Shown here: in pieces, positions 19,410 to 28,230 of the stretch
Layout of the letters: each line of letters opens with the position of its first letter
How positions within the stretch are numbered: position 1 is the stretch's first letter
The notes under the pieces: model-generated
The model's input: the letters and a program-made list of their open reading frames with translations, nothing else
Database searches by the model: none
Told to the model about the DNA's origin: nothing
Assembly (NCBI GenBank): GCA_017938695.1
Contig: JAGBBA010000057.1
Span: 506-64,505, forward strand
Reading direction: 5' to 3'
From: Clostridia bacterium
GTDB taxonomy: Bacteria; Bacillota; Clostridia; Christensenellales; Aristaeellaceae
DNA: 64,000 nt
Position numbers and translations under genes: made by a program

Positions 19410-20048
19410 TCATTTGATTCTTTTCCCTGCGGCGATGTAGAAAACCGGGCGGGCCCTGTCGCCTGTCTGCTGGTATACCAGCGAGTACCCCTGCGGTACA
19501 AGGCCATAGCGGCCATTCAGCCTATCAAGGCAGCGCAGCACACCTTCGAAATAAGCATCTGTTGGCTGCCCGGCAGGCTGGATCACCAGATGGCATGCCC
19601 ACCGGAGCTGCGGATGCTCCGTCACGCACACGCCGTCATTGCAGAAAACCACGCTGCCAGCCGGGCCGGTGCAGTCCTCCACCATGACGTGATCCGTCAA
19701 CAGGTGGAAGTGCACCTGCTGCACCTCCTGCCGCTTTCCTCCATTGGCAACCAGCGTGAAGCCATCGTGATAGGCAGGATGCTTCGCCCGTATCGCCTGG
19801 ACTGCATCCCATATCTTGATGAAATCCCCGGCATGCTCTGCCATGTGCAAAAGCGTCTGCACCGGCTTGCGGGGTGAGATGATCACATGGTTCGGGTAGG
19901 CAGGCCGGGGATGCTCAAAGGCAAGGATATCCTTGCTGCAAAACACCTTTTTCACCGGGATCGCCCAGGCGCAGTACCGGAAGGCCAGGCCCACCGCCCT
20001 GCCCATCCATGGTGCCTTTGCCAGCCTGAACAGCAGCTGCTTCACCAT
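19410..20048 (-). CDS. HIT-like domain protein
   Basis: HVIISPRKP and a degenerate histidine triad QQVHFHLLT. The C-terminal half looks like a second degenerate HIT fold. Confidence 0.45.
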   Translation of the reverse strand: MVKQLLFRLAKAPWMGRAVGLAFRYCAWAIPVKKVFCSKDILAFEHPRPAYPNHVIISPRKPVQTLLHMAEHAGDFIKIWDAVQAIRAKHPAYHDGFTLVANGGKRQEVQQVHFHLLTDHVMVEDCTGPAGSVVFCNDGVCVTEHPQLRWACHLVIQPAGQPTDAYFEGVLRCLDRLNGRYGLVPQGYSLVYQQTGDRARPVFYIAAGKRIK

Positions 20049-20070
20049 GCTTTCACCCCCCGCCGTGCAA

Positions 20071-20994
20071 TCATTCGCTGATGAAATCCTCCACGCCGTT
20101 CAGCGTGACGAAATAAGGATCGCGGTACACCTCGCGCAGCTTTTCATCGGTGTTGAATTCGTCCGAGGTCAGCCAGCGAGTGTGCCAGGTCATGAACCAC
20201 ACCCAGGGAGCCTTTTCTTCCTCCATCTGGGTACGGCTGGGAATCTCGCCATTCTCGTGATAGCAAATCGGCATGCCTTCCGGCGCAATGGCCGCGCACT
20301 TGCGGTACAGTTCGCCCTGGGCACCGCCCTGGTAGCTGTCGCCGCCCAGGATGTCCACGCAGTCGTCCCCGGGGTACCAGGGCTGCAAATCCCCCGGCGC
20401 ATCGGAGAAGCCCAGCACCCAGATCAGGTTGTTCAGCCCGTGCAGGTTGGTGTAGCGGTCGTACATCAGCCGCCAAAGCTTCACAAAGCCCTCTGCGCCG
20501 CCCCGGCCCCACCAGAACCACTTGCCGTCCATCTCATGGAAGGGCCGCCACAAAACGGGAATGTTCATCCGCTGCAGCCGCTTCAGGTACGGCACGGCCC
20601 TGTCCATGCCCTGCAAAAGAGCGGCATGGGCCTCAGTGCCTTCGGTAAAGGCGTTGTCCCAGTCCAGCTCATCCTCCTTGGACTGCATGTAGGACGAGGC
20701 AAAGTCCACGCCCGTGTGCCAGCAGATGGTCACAATGCCGCCCCGGGCATGCCAGTCCATGGCGCGGCGCACCACGCCCTGGAAATCGTTGTCGATGAAA
20801 TCCAGCCCGCGGATGGCCGGCATGCGGCCCGTGCGCATCAGCAGGTAGTTGATCTCATGCTCCGTAGTTCCGCACCAGCCGGATTCCATCTGCCCCGTCA
20901 GGCAACGCTTTCCCTGCAGGGAACAAATATAGTCATACAAACGCTGTGCCACACCCATGGCATTGGGATTGCAAAGCTGTCTTGCCATTGTCAT
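20071..20994 (-). CDS. glycoside hydrolase family 26 (beta-mannanase-like), no signal peptide
   Basis: GH26 signatures WRPFHEMDGKWFWWG and the conserved Trp/His/Glu context. Cytoplasmic N-terminus. Confidence 0.8.
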   Translation of the reverse strand: MTMARQLCNPNAMGVAQRLYDYICSLQGKRCLTGQMESGWCGTTEHEINYLLMRTGRMPAIRGLDFIDNDFQGVVRRAMDWHARGGIVTICWHTGVDFASSYMQSKEDELDWDNAFTEGTEAHAALLQGMDRAVPYLKRLQRMNIPVLWRPFHEMDGKWFWWGRGGAEGFVKLWRLMYDRYTNLHGLNNLIWVLGFSDAPGDLQPWYPGDDCVDILGGDSYQGGAQGELYRKCAAIAPEGMPICYHENGEIPSRTQMEEEKAPWVWFMTWHTRWLTSDEFNTDEKLREVYRDPYFVTLNGVEDFISE

Positions 20995-21107
20995 TTCCTC
21001 CCAGTTGGTTGTTATCCGCAGTATAGCAGACTAACGGCATGTTAGGCAAGGGGGTGAATGGTCGCTTCTCAATCATTTCAATTTTTACAATAAATTTTCG
21101 CAAAGCA

Positions 21108-21136
21108 TTGAAAGATTGCATTTGTTGGTATATAAT
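21108..21136 (+). promoter_or_regulatory. sigma-70-type promoter
   Basis: TTGAAA, a 17-nt spacer, then TATAAT. Confidence 0.6.
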
Positions 21137-21184
21137 AACAGAGAGTTGACCAGGCACGCTTACCTGGAACAAGGAGGAAGACAA

Positions 21185-22024
21185 ATGAACGCCTTGAATA
21201 TCTATGCCTTTGCCGACGAGGCCTCCGGGCAGATCGCCAAGCAGATTGCCGCCATGCAGCGCAATGGCCTGAACGGCCTGGAGATCCGCGGTGTGGACGG
21301 CCAGAACATCGCCGATATTTCTGTGGAAAAAGCCCGCGAGGTGCGCCGCAAGCTGGACGACGTTGGCCTCACCGTGTGGAGCATGGGCTCCCCCATCGGC
21401 AAGATCGGCATCGAAAGCGACGGCTTTGCCGCCCACCTGGACAAGCTGCGCCATGTGCTGGCCCTGGCGGATGTGCTGGGTGCCAGAAACGTGCGCATGT
21501 TTTCCTTCTTCGTGCCGGAAGGCAAGGCGGCGGAGTATCGCGGCCAGGTGCTGGATCAGATGGGCCAGATGCTGGACGTGGCCCGGGGCAGCGGCATTGC
21601 GCTGTGCCACGAGAACGAAAAGGGCATTTACGGCGATATGGCCGACCGCTGCCATGAGCTGATGACCACCTTTCCGGAGCTGGCGGGCGTGTTCGACCCG
21701 GCCAACTTCATCCAGTGCGGCCAGGATACCCTAGAAGCCTGGGCACTGCTGAAGAATCGCATCAAGTACCTGCACATCAAGGATGCGCTGCCCAACGGCA
21801 AAGTGGTGCCCGCCGGCAAGGGCATCGGCCATGTGAAGCACATTCTGGCTGATTTCCGCAGCTGCGGCGGCACCGCCGTGTCCATCGAGCCCCACCTGAG
21901 CGTGTTCGACGGATTGAAGGATCTGGAACAGGCCGGCAACCGCACGGAAGTGGACAAGTTCAGCTACGCCAGCAGCGACGCAGCCTTCGACGCAGCCTGT
22001 GCTGCCCTGAAGGATCTGCTGTAA
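21185..22024 (+). CDS. sugar phosphate isomerase/epimerase (xylose-isomerase-like TIM barrel)
   Basis: AAGGAGG RBS. Family-typical LCHENEKG and IEPH metal-ligand contexts. Confidence 0.75.
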   Translation: MNALNIYAFADEASGQIAKQIAAMQRNGLNGLEIRGVDGQNIADISVEKAREVRRKLDDVGLTVWSMGSPIGKIGIESDGFAAHLDKLRHVLALADVLGARNVRMFSFFVPEGKAAEYRGQVLDQMGQMLDVARGSGIALCHENEKGIYGDMADRCHELMTTFPELAGVFDPANFIQCGQDTLEAWALLKNRIKYLHIKDALPNGKVVPAGKGIGHVKHILADFRSCGGTAVSIEPHLSVFDGLKDLEQAGNRTEVDKFSYASSDAAFDAACAALKDLL

Positions 22025-22034
22025 TAAGGAGGAT

Positions 22035-23216
22035 ATGACCATGGAAAAGATTCGTCTTGGTATCATTGGCATCGGCAACATGGGCAGCGGCCACGCCTGC
22101 CGCGTGGTGGACGGCGAGTGCCCTGATTTTGTGCTGACTGCTGTGGCGGACGTGAACCCCGCCCGCAAGGACTGGGCTGCCAAGCGCCTGGGCGAGAACG
22201 TGGCGTTCTTTGATACGGCGGAGGCTATGCTGGACAGCGGCCTTATCGATGCCTGCATCGTGGCTACGCCCCACTATGACCATCCCGGTCTGGCCATTGA
22301 GTGCATGAAGCGTTCCATCCATGTGTTGGTGGAAAAGCCCGCCGGTGTGTACACCAAGCAGGTGCGTGAAATGATGGCCGTGGCTGACCAGCACCCCGAG
22401 GTGAAGTTCGGCCTGATGTTCAACCAGCGCACCAACCATGTGTACCGCAAGGCCCGTGAGATCGTGCAGAGCGGCAAGTATGGCCAGATCCGCCGCACCA
22501 ACTGGATCATCACCGATTGGTATCGCACCCAGTATTATTATGACTCCGGTGCCTGGCGCGCCACCTGGGCGGGCGAGGGCGGCGGCGTGCTGCTGAACCA
22601 GTGCCCCCACCAGCTTGACCTGTGGCAGTGGATCTGCGGCATGCCCGTGAAGGTGCAGACCCACATGAAGTTCGGCAAGTGGCACGACATCGAAGTGGAA
22701 GATGACGTGACCACCTATGTGGAATACGAAAACGGCGCGACCGGCGTGTTCGTCACCACCACCGGCGATGCCCACGGCACCAACCGCTTTGAGATCATGA
22801 TGGACAAGGCCAAGCTGGTGGTGACCTATGGCGGCATCGAGCTGAAGGAGTTCAGCGTTTCCGAGCCCGAATGGACCGCCACCTGCAAGGAAGGCTTTGC
22901 TACCATGCCCGCCGAGGATATCCAGGTGGAAACCGACGGCAAGAACGAGCAGCACAACGGCGTGATCAACGCCTGGGGCGGCGCGATCCTGCGCGGTGAA
23001 CCCATGATCGCCGACGGCCGCGAGGGCATCCATGGCCTGATGCTGTCCAACGCCATGCATCTTTCCGCCTTCCTGGGCAAGGAAGTGGAGCTGCCCATCG
23101 ACGAAGACCTGTTCTATGAGGAGCTCATGAAGCGCGTCGCCACCTCCCGCCACAAGACCAACACCGTGGAGGCTGTGGTGGCTGACCTGAGCAATACCTT
23201 CAGCGGCTCCAACTAA
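22035..23216 (+). CDS. Gfo/Idh/MocA-family oxidoreductase
   Basis: N-terminal Rossmann motif LGIIGIGNMG and the EKP motif (VLVEKPAG). Confidence 0.88.
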   Translation: MTMEKIRLGIIGIGNMGSGHACRVVDGECPDFVLTAVADVNPARKDWAAKRLGENVAFFDTAEAMLDSGLIDACIVATPHYDHPGLAIECMKRSIHVLVEKPAGVYTKQVREMMAVADQHPEVKFGLMFNQRTNHVYRKAREIVQSGKYGQIRRTNWIITDWYRTQYYYDSGAWRATWAGEGGGVLLNQCPHQLDLWQWICGMPVKVQTHMKFGKWHDIEVEDDVTTYVEYENGATGVFVTTTGDAHGTNRFEIMMDKAKLVVTYGGIELKEFSVSEPEWTATCKEGFATMPAEDIQVETDGKNEQHNGVINAWGGAILRGEPMIADGREGIHGLMLSNAMHLSAFLGKEVELPIDEDLFYEELMKRVATSRHKTNTVEAVVADLSNTFSGSN

Positions 23217-23245
23217 GCCAGCCCATGCCGCAAAGGAGCAGCCCC

Positions 23246-24106
23246 ATGAAAGATCATCCCGTTTGGCGGTTTGATGACCAGATGCCTGAGGGGCGGGAGT
23301 TCGAGATCTATCACGCCACCAACACCACCCCTCAGCCCACCATCTACCAAAGCCACCATTATTACGAGCTTTATTTCATCCTGCGCGGCTCCATCCGGGT
23401 GATCGTGGAAGAAACAGACGTAAGCCCGGTGCTGGGCGATGCGCTGATCTACCCGCCCCACTGCATGCACCGCGTGACCCATACTGATCCGTCCCAGCCC
23501 TACGAACGCTTCTACCTTTACCTGTCCAGGGATTTCCTGCTCTCCATCAGCACAGAAGGGTATAACTTCGTTGAGGTGCTGGATCGCCTGACCGGCAGCA
23601 ACCGTTTTTGCGTCCATCCTGGCAGCCAGGCGGTGCTGGAGCTTGTCCCCATGACGGATGAGATCATCGAAGCGGCCAGGGATACCTCCCCTGCTGCCCT
23701 TCTGGCCAACCGCTGCCGGATGACCATCTACCTGATCCGGCTATTGCAGCTGCTGGAGGAAAGCGTGACCTCGACAACCGAAGGCCCGGCCTCCCGCATG
23801 AATGAGCTGATCCGCTACATCAACCAGAATGCCGCCCAGCCCCTTTCGCTGGATCATCTGGCGGAGGTGTTCGGCATCAGCAAGTATGCGCTGCTGCATG
23901 AGTTCAAGGACTACACCGGCATGTCCATCCACCAGTACATCCTGACGCGGCGCATCATCCTTGCCCAGCAGATGATCCAGCAGGGCGTCAAACCCCGGCA
24001 GGCCTGCGAACAAAGCGGCTTTACCGATTACACCAGCTTCTACCGCGCCTTCAAGGCCCGGACGGGCAGATCGCCTGCGCAATACAGCAAAACGCAGGCT
24101 GAATAA
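23246..24106 (+). CDS. AraC-family regulator (cupin sensor + HTH)
   Basis: N-terminal cupin-like region and C-terminal HTH (FGISKYALLHEF ... GFTDYTSFYRAFKARTGRSPAQY). AAAGGAG RBS before the ATG at 23246. Confidence 0.85.
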   Translation: MKDHPVWRFDDQMPEGREFEIYHATNTTPQPTIYQSHHYYELYFILRGSIRVIVEETDVSPVLGDALIYPPHCMHRVTHTDPSQPYERFYLYLSRDFLLSISTEGYNFVEVLDRLTGSNRFCVHPGSQAVLELVPMTDEIIEAARDTSPAALLANRCRMTIYLIRLLQLLEESVTSTTEGPASRMNELIRYINQNAAQPLSLDHLAEVFGISKYALLHEFKDYTGMSIHQYILTRRIILAQQMIQQGVKPRQACEQSGFTDYTSFYRAFKARTGRSPAQYSKTQAE

Positions 24107-24126
24107 CACACCAAAGGAGAATTGGT

Positions 24127-25359
24127 ATGCACAAGAAAGTGGCTTTTCTGCTTGCTATGATGCTGTTCATCAGCATGCTTCCGGTTTCCGGCCTCGCGCT
24201 GGGTGAAAACGGCAAAACCAAGGACGACTATGTTTCCCTGGACAGCCTCGCCCGGGAGCACGGCTTCGTGATGGGTGCCAGCTACAACTACAACCAGTGC
24301 AAGAGCAACCCCGCCTATATGGATCTGGTCAAGACCCATTTCTCTTCCATCACCTGCACCAATGAAACCAAGGCCTACTCCCTGCTGGATCAGAAGGCCA
24401 GCAAGGCCGCCAAAGACGGCATGCCGGTGATGAACTACTACCAGGCCGACAAGATGATCCAGTGGGCCCAGGACAACGGCATGAAGGTTCGCGGCCATGT
24501 GCTGGTGTGGGACGCCTACATGTGCGACTGGTTCTTCCGCGAGGGCTATGACAGCAAAAAGCCCTACGCCGATCAGGAAACCATGCGCGCCCGCACCAAG
24601 TATTATATCGAGCAGGTGATCACCCACTTTGAGGAAAAGTTCCCCGGCGTGATCTACTGCTGGGACGTGGTCAACGAGGCCATCGGCGACAACGCCAAGG
24701 AATGGGACAGCAAGGATGAACGCCACCTGCGCACCATCCGCAGCGGCGTGGATAACCTGTTCAAGACCCACGTGGGCGACGACTATGTGGAGTTCTCCTT
24801 CCTCTGCGCCAAGGACACGGTGGAAAAGCTGGGCACGGACATCAAGCTGTTCTACAACGACTACAACATGTTCTTCTCCGATAAGCGCAGTGCTGCCATT
24901 GCCCTGGCCCGCTCCATCAACACCTATGCCAAGGATGAAAACGGCAACTACCGCCAGCTGATCGACGGCATGGGCATGCAGGGCTACATCGGCGGTTACG
25001 GCAAGCAGCAGGACTGCCTGGAGGATTCCCACATCACCCGCATCGAGGCCTCCATCCGCCTGTACGCCAAGGAAGGTCTGGAAGTGCACATCACCGAAAT
25101 GGCCGTGCGCAACTTCCAGAACGACGATGCCACCGTGGCCCTCCACGCCGATTTCTACGGCCGCCTGTTCGAGATGTTCAAGAAGGTCAACAGCGGCGAC
25201 GAAAAGCCCTTGACCTGCGTGGCCATCTGGGGCGTGACCGACGCCCCCACCGCCACCGGCTACAACTACAACCTGATCAGCCCCTACGGCGGCCTGGTGA
25301 CGGAGAAGTATCAGATCAAGACCTCCTTCGACACCGTGCACAGCGTGATGAGCAAGTAA
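24127..25359 (+). CDS. secreted glycoside hydrolase family 10 (endo-1,4-beta-xylanase)
   Basis: Signal peptide. GH10 acid/base WDVVNEA and nucleophile ITEMAV. Confidence 0.88.
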   Translation: MHKKVAFLLAMMLFISMLPVSGLALGENGKTKDDYVSLDSLAREHGFVMGASYNYNQCKSNPAYMDLVKTHFSSITCTNETKAYSLLDQKASKAAKDGMPVMNYYQADKMIQWAQDNGMKVRGHVLVWDAYMCDWFFREGYDSKKPYADQETMRARTKYYIEQVITHFEEKFPGVIYCWDVVNEAIGDNAKEWDSKDERHLRTIRSGVDNLFKTHVGDDYVEFSFLCAKDTVEKLGTDIKLFYNDYNMFFSDKRSAAIALARSINTYAKDENGNYRQLIDGMGMQGYIGGYGKQQDCLEDSHITRIEASIRLYAKEGLEVHITEMAVRNFQNDDATVALHADFYGRLFEMFKKVNSGDEKPLTCVAIWGVTDAPTATGYNYNLISPYGGLVTEKYQIKTSFDTVHSVMSK

Positions 25360-25529
25360 ACGAAGGCGAGCAGGTGGGCGCATGAAAGAATCAATATGCT
25401 TCTCCTCCTGAAAGCAAAACTTTCTGGCGTATTTGATGTTAAAACATCAGACCATGGATATTCAGTTGTAAAAGGAGTAGCAACTGAGGATCCTGTGTTA
25501 CGAATTCAACAAAGCGTATATTTTCCCAT

Positions 25530-25577
25530 AAAAAAACTGTGTGCAGAGAACGCTAATCCTCCGCACACAGTTTTTTA
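25530..25577. terminator. bidirectional terminator between convergent genes
   Basis: actgtgtgc/gcacacagt stem flanked by an A-run and a T-run. Confidence 0.8.
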
Positions 25578-25581
25578 TATC

Positions 25582-27024
25582 TTACGCTTCGTTTTCCTCG
25601 GTTACGCGGCACAGGGCCAGGGCGTCGCCGATGGTTTTTTCGTAGGCTTCGTGGCCGTACTTGTCCACTTCGCTCTTGTCCTTGGGGCCGTGGGTCAGGC
25701 AGCCCGCGCCGCCGATGCAGCCGCCGGTGCAGGCCATGCCCTCGATGAAGTTTTCCTTCAGCAGGTTCTTTTGCTTCTTCAGCAGAGCCACGCGGCATTC
25801 CTCGATGCCGTCGCAGATCACCGGGTTCACGATCAGGTCCAGCTTCTGCTCCTTGATGGCCTGCACCACGGAGTCGCTCAGGCCGCCGGAGCGGGCGAAG
25901 ATGCGGCCGAAGTAGCTGGCGTTGTCCAGCACGCCCACCTCCAGGGACTTCAGGTCCAGGTCGCGGCTGTCGATCCACGCCTGCAGCTCCTCAAAGGTGA
26001 GCACGCAGTCCACATGGGGCTTCACGTTCTCGCGCTGGGCCTCGGCCTTCTTGGCGGTGCAGGGGCCGATGAAAATCACCTTGGCGGTGGGGTCAGTCTT
26101 CTTGATGTAGCGGCCCAGTTCAGCCATGGGGGAATAGTTGTGGCTGATGTGCTGCTTCAGCGAGGGGAAGGACTTCTCGATGTAGGAAACAAAGGCCGGG
26201 CAGCAGCTGGAGGTGAGGAAGCCCTTCTCCGCCAGCTCCCGGGACTCCTTGTAGGCCACCATATCCGCGCCCAGGGCAGCCTCGATCACGGTGAAGAAGC
26301 CCAGCTCCTTCAGCGCGGTGATCACCTGGCCCACCTTCACATGCACAAACTGGCTGGAAATGGAGGGTGCCACCACGGCATACACGCGGTAATTCTTGTT
26401 GTGGTCGCTTTCGCGGATCATCTTGATGGCATCCAGCAGGAAGCTCTTGTCCTGCAGGGCACCGAAGGGGCACTGGTACACGCAGGCACCGCAGTTGATG
26501 CACTTGCCCTCGTCGATCTGCGCCACATGGTTTTCACCCTGGGAGATGGCCTTTACCTTGCAGGCGCGCTCGCAGGGGCGCACATGGTTCTGAATGGCAC
26601 TGTACGGGCACACGCTGGCGCACTTGCCGCAGTTGATGCACTTGTCGGGATCAATATGGGCGTGGTGGTTCTCGTCGAAGGAGATGGCATTGCGGGGGCA
26701 CACGCTGGCGCAGCGGTGGGCGATGCAGCCGCGGCAGTCGGGGCCTACGCGGTAGCCGCTGACAGGGCACTCGTCACAGGCGATGTCGATGACCTCCACG
26801 ATGTTGGGGTTGGTCTTGTCGCCGCCCATGGCCATCTTCACGCGCTCGGCCACAATGGCGCGCTCCTTGTAGATGCAGCAGCGCAGCTCACTCTTGGGGC
26901 CGGGGGAGATCAGCTTGGGAATGTCCAAATAGCAATCCTGCAGGGTGTCCTGATAGGCATGGCGGGCGACCTCGCGCAGAACCTTGTATTTCAGCTTCTG
27001 TACATAAGTGTCGAACAGTTGCAT
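25582..27024 (-). CDS. [FeFe]-hydrogenase-like protein (ferredoxin-type N-terminus + H-cluster domain; HfsD-like)
   Basis: Three CxxCxxCxxxCP-type motifs. H-cluster motifs TSSCCPAF, GPCTAKKAE and EGMACTGGCIGGAG. Confidence 0.85.
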   Translation of the reverse strand: MQLFDTYVQKLKYKVLREVARHAYQDTLQDCYLDIPKLISPGPKSELRCCIYKERAIVAERVKMAMGGDKTNPNIVEVIDIACDECPVSGYRVGPDCRGCIAHRCASVCPRNAISFDENHHAHIDPDKCINCGKCASVCPYSAIQNHVRPCERACKVKAISQGENHVAQIDEGKCINCGACVYQCPFGALQDKSFLLDAIKMIRESDHNKNYRVYAVVAPSISSQFVHVKVGQVITALKELGFFTVIEAALGADMVAYKESRELAEKGFLTSSCCPAFVSYIEKSFPSLKQHISHNYSPMAELGRYIKKTDPTAKVIFIGPCTAKKAEAQRENVKPHVDCVLTFEELQAWIDSRDLDLKSLEVGVLDNASYFGRIFARSGGLSDSVVQAIKEQKLDLIVNPVICDGIEECRVALLKKQKNLLKENFIEGMACTGGCIGGAGCLTHGPKDKSEVDKYGHEAYEKTIGDALALCRVTEENEA

Positions 27025-27045
27025 CTTCTGGTGCCTCCATTCAGC

Positions 27046-28230
27046 TTAGAAGTAGGATAGCCGGATGTGCTTGCCCATCTTTTCCAGGCATTCGGCCAAT
27101 TTGGTGATCAGCTGCTGCTTGATGGCGAAGTTGATGGGCAGATCCGGATTTTGATGGGCCGGGTTGATGGCGCGGCCCACGTAAAAATTGACGTCGGTGG
27201 CGTTTTCGAACAGCTCCTTGGCGATCAGGCTGGCACCGTCCTTGCGGGTGAGCCACAGGGGGGCCATCTTGGCCTGGTCGAGGAAGTCCTCGGCGTAGGC
27301 CAGCACTTTCGCCAGGGTGATCACGCCCTCGGTGGTCAGGTCAACGCCCTTGATGGTGCTGATGGGCGGCACCTCGGGGTCGTGATAGTCCAGCGAGGCC
27401 ACGATGGGCTGGTTGAGGTAACGGGAAACCACATTGCTGGTGGTGCCGCCGCAGACGATCTTGGTGCCCTTCTTGCCGAAGAACAGGTTCATCATCCGGG
27501 TATCGTCTTCCTTGTTTTCAGGCGGGCCCACCACCATGTTCACGGTATGGCGGTTGCGCACGCGGGCCACAGCGATGGTGGTATCGTCGCCAGGGCGGCC
27601 GCCGTAGAGCCTGTCGCACTCGTCGATGATCAGGCTGGCGGTGGACTTGGCGCTGTTCTCCGGCAGGTAGTTGGCCATGGCGTAATCCGCAATGGAATCC
27701 CTCGTCCAGCCGAAGTTCATGGTCATGCCCACACCGGCCCATTCCGCGCCGTCGCTCATGGCGATGAACAGGTCGTCCACCTCAATGGGGAAAGTGCTCT
27801 CCCAGATGGTCTTGCCGGCAATCACGCGGGTGGTGCGGGGATAGTCGAACACCTCGCCCTTGCGCAGCACGATGGTGGCCGGATTGTCAAACTGGATGAT
27901 ATGCGCCGTTTCGTTGTTGTGGATCTGCAGGATGGTAAAGGTGGAGTAGGCCACCTGGCGCACCGAGCACACTGGCAGCGTGCTGGCAATGGTGGATACG
28001 CACTCCTCCAGGGGGATGCCGCCGGCGATCATGGTACACAGGATCTTGGAGGTCAGCGTGGAGAGAATGTTGGCCTTCACGCCGCTGCCCAGGCCGTCGG
28101 CCAGGACCAGGGTCAGGTCCTCGTTGCCGCCGCCGTGCACCTCCACCTTGTCGCCGCACAGGGTCTCGCCTACGTGGTTCAGGCTGATCCAGCCCGTTTC
28201 AATCCAAAGATCATTCATGAGCCATCGCAT
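27046..28230 (-). CDS. SpoIIE/PP2C-family serine phosphatase
   Basis: CGDKVEV...VLADGLGSGVKA and MSDGAEW motifs. The start overlaps the hydrogenase stop by 20 nt (8 nt if the alternative ATG at 28218 is used). Confidence 0.85.
   Translation of the reverse strand: MRWLMNDLWIETGWISLNHVGETLCGDKVEVHGGGNEDLTLVLADGLGSGVKANILSTLTSKILCTMIAGGIPLEECVSTIASTLPVCSVRQVAYSTFTILQIHNNETAHIIQFDNPATIVLRKGEVFDYPRTTRVIAGKTIWESTFPIEVDDLFIAMSDGAEWAGVGMTMNFGWTRDSIADYAMANYLPENSAKSTASLIIDECDRLYGGRPGDDTTIAVARVRNRHTVNMVVGPPENKEDDTRMMNLFFGKKGTKIVCGGTTSNVVSRYLNQPIVASLDYHDPEVPPISTIKGVDLTTEGVITLAKVLAYAEDFLDQAKMAPLWLTRKDGASLIAKELFENATDVNFYVGRAINPAHQNPDLPINFAIKQQLITKLAECLEKMGKHIRLSYF

Noticed and set aside
25440-25515. AT-rich patch with clustered NcoI, BamHI and EcoRI sites, considered as a possible cloning or vector remnant
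   Set aside because: It is very short, has no vector backbone signature or ORF, and sits in a normal convergent intergenic region next to a bidirectional terminator. It is probably coincidence.
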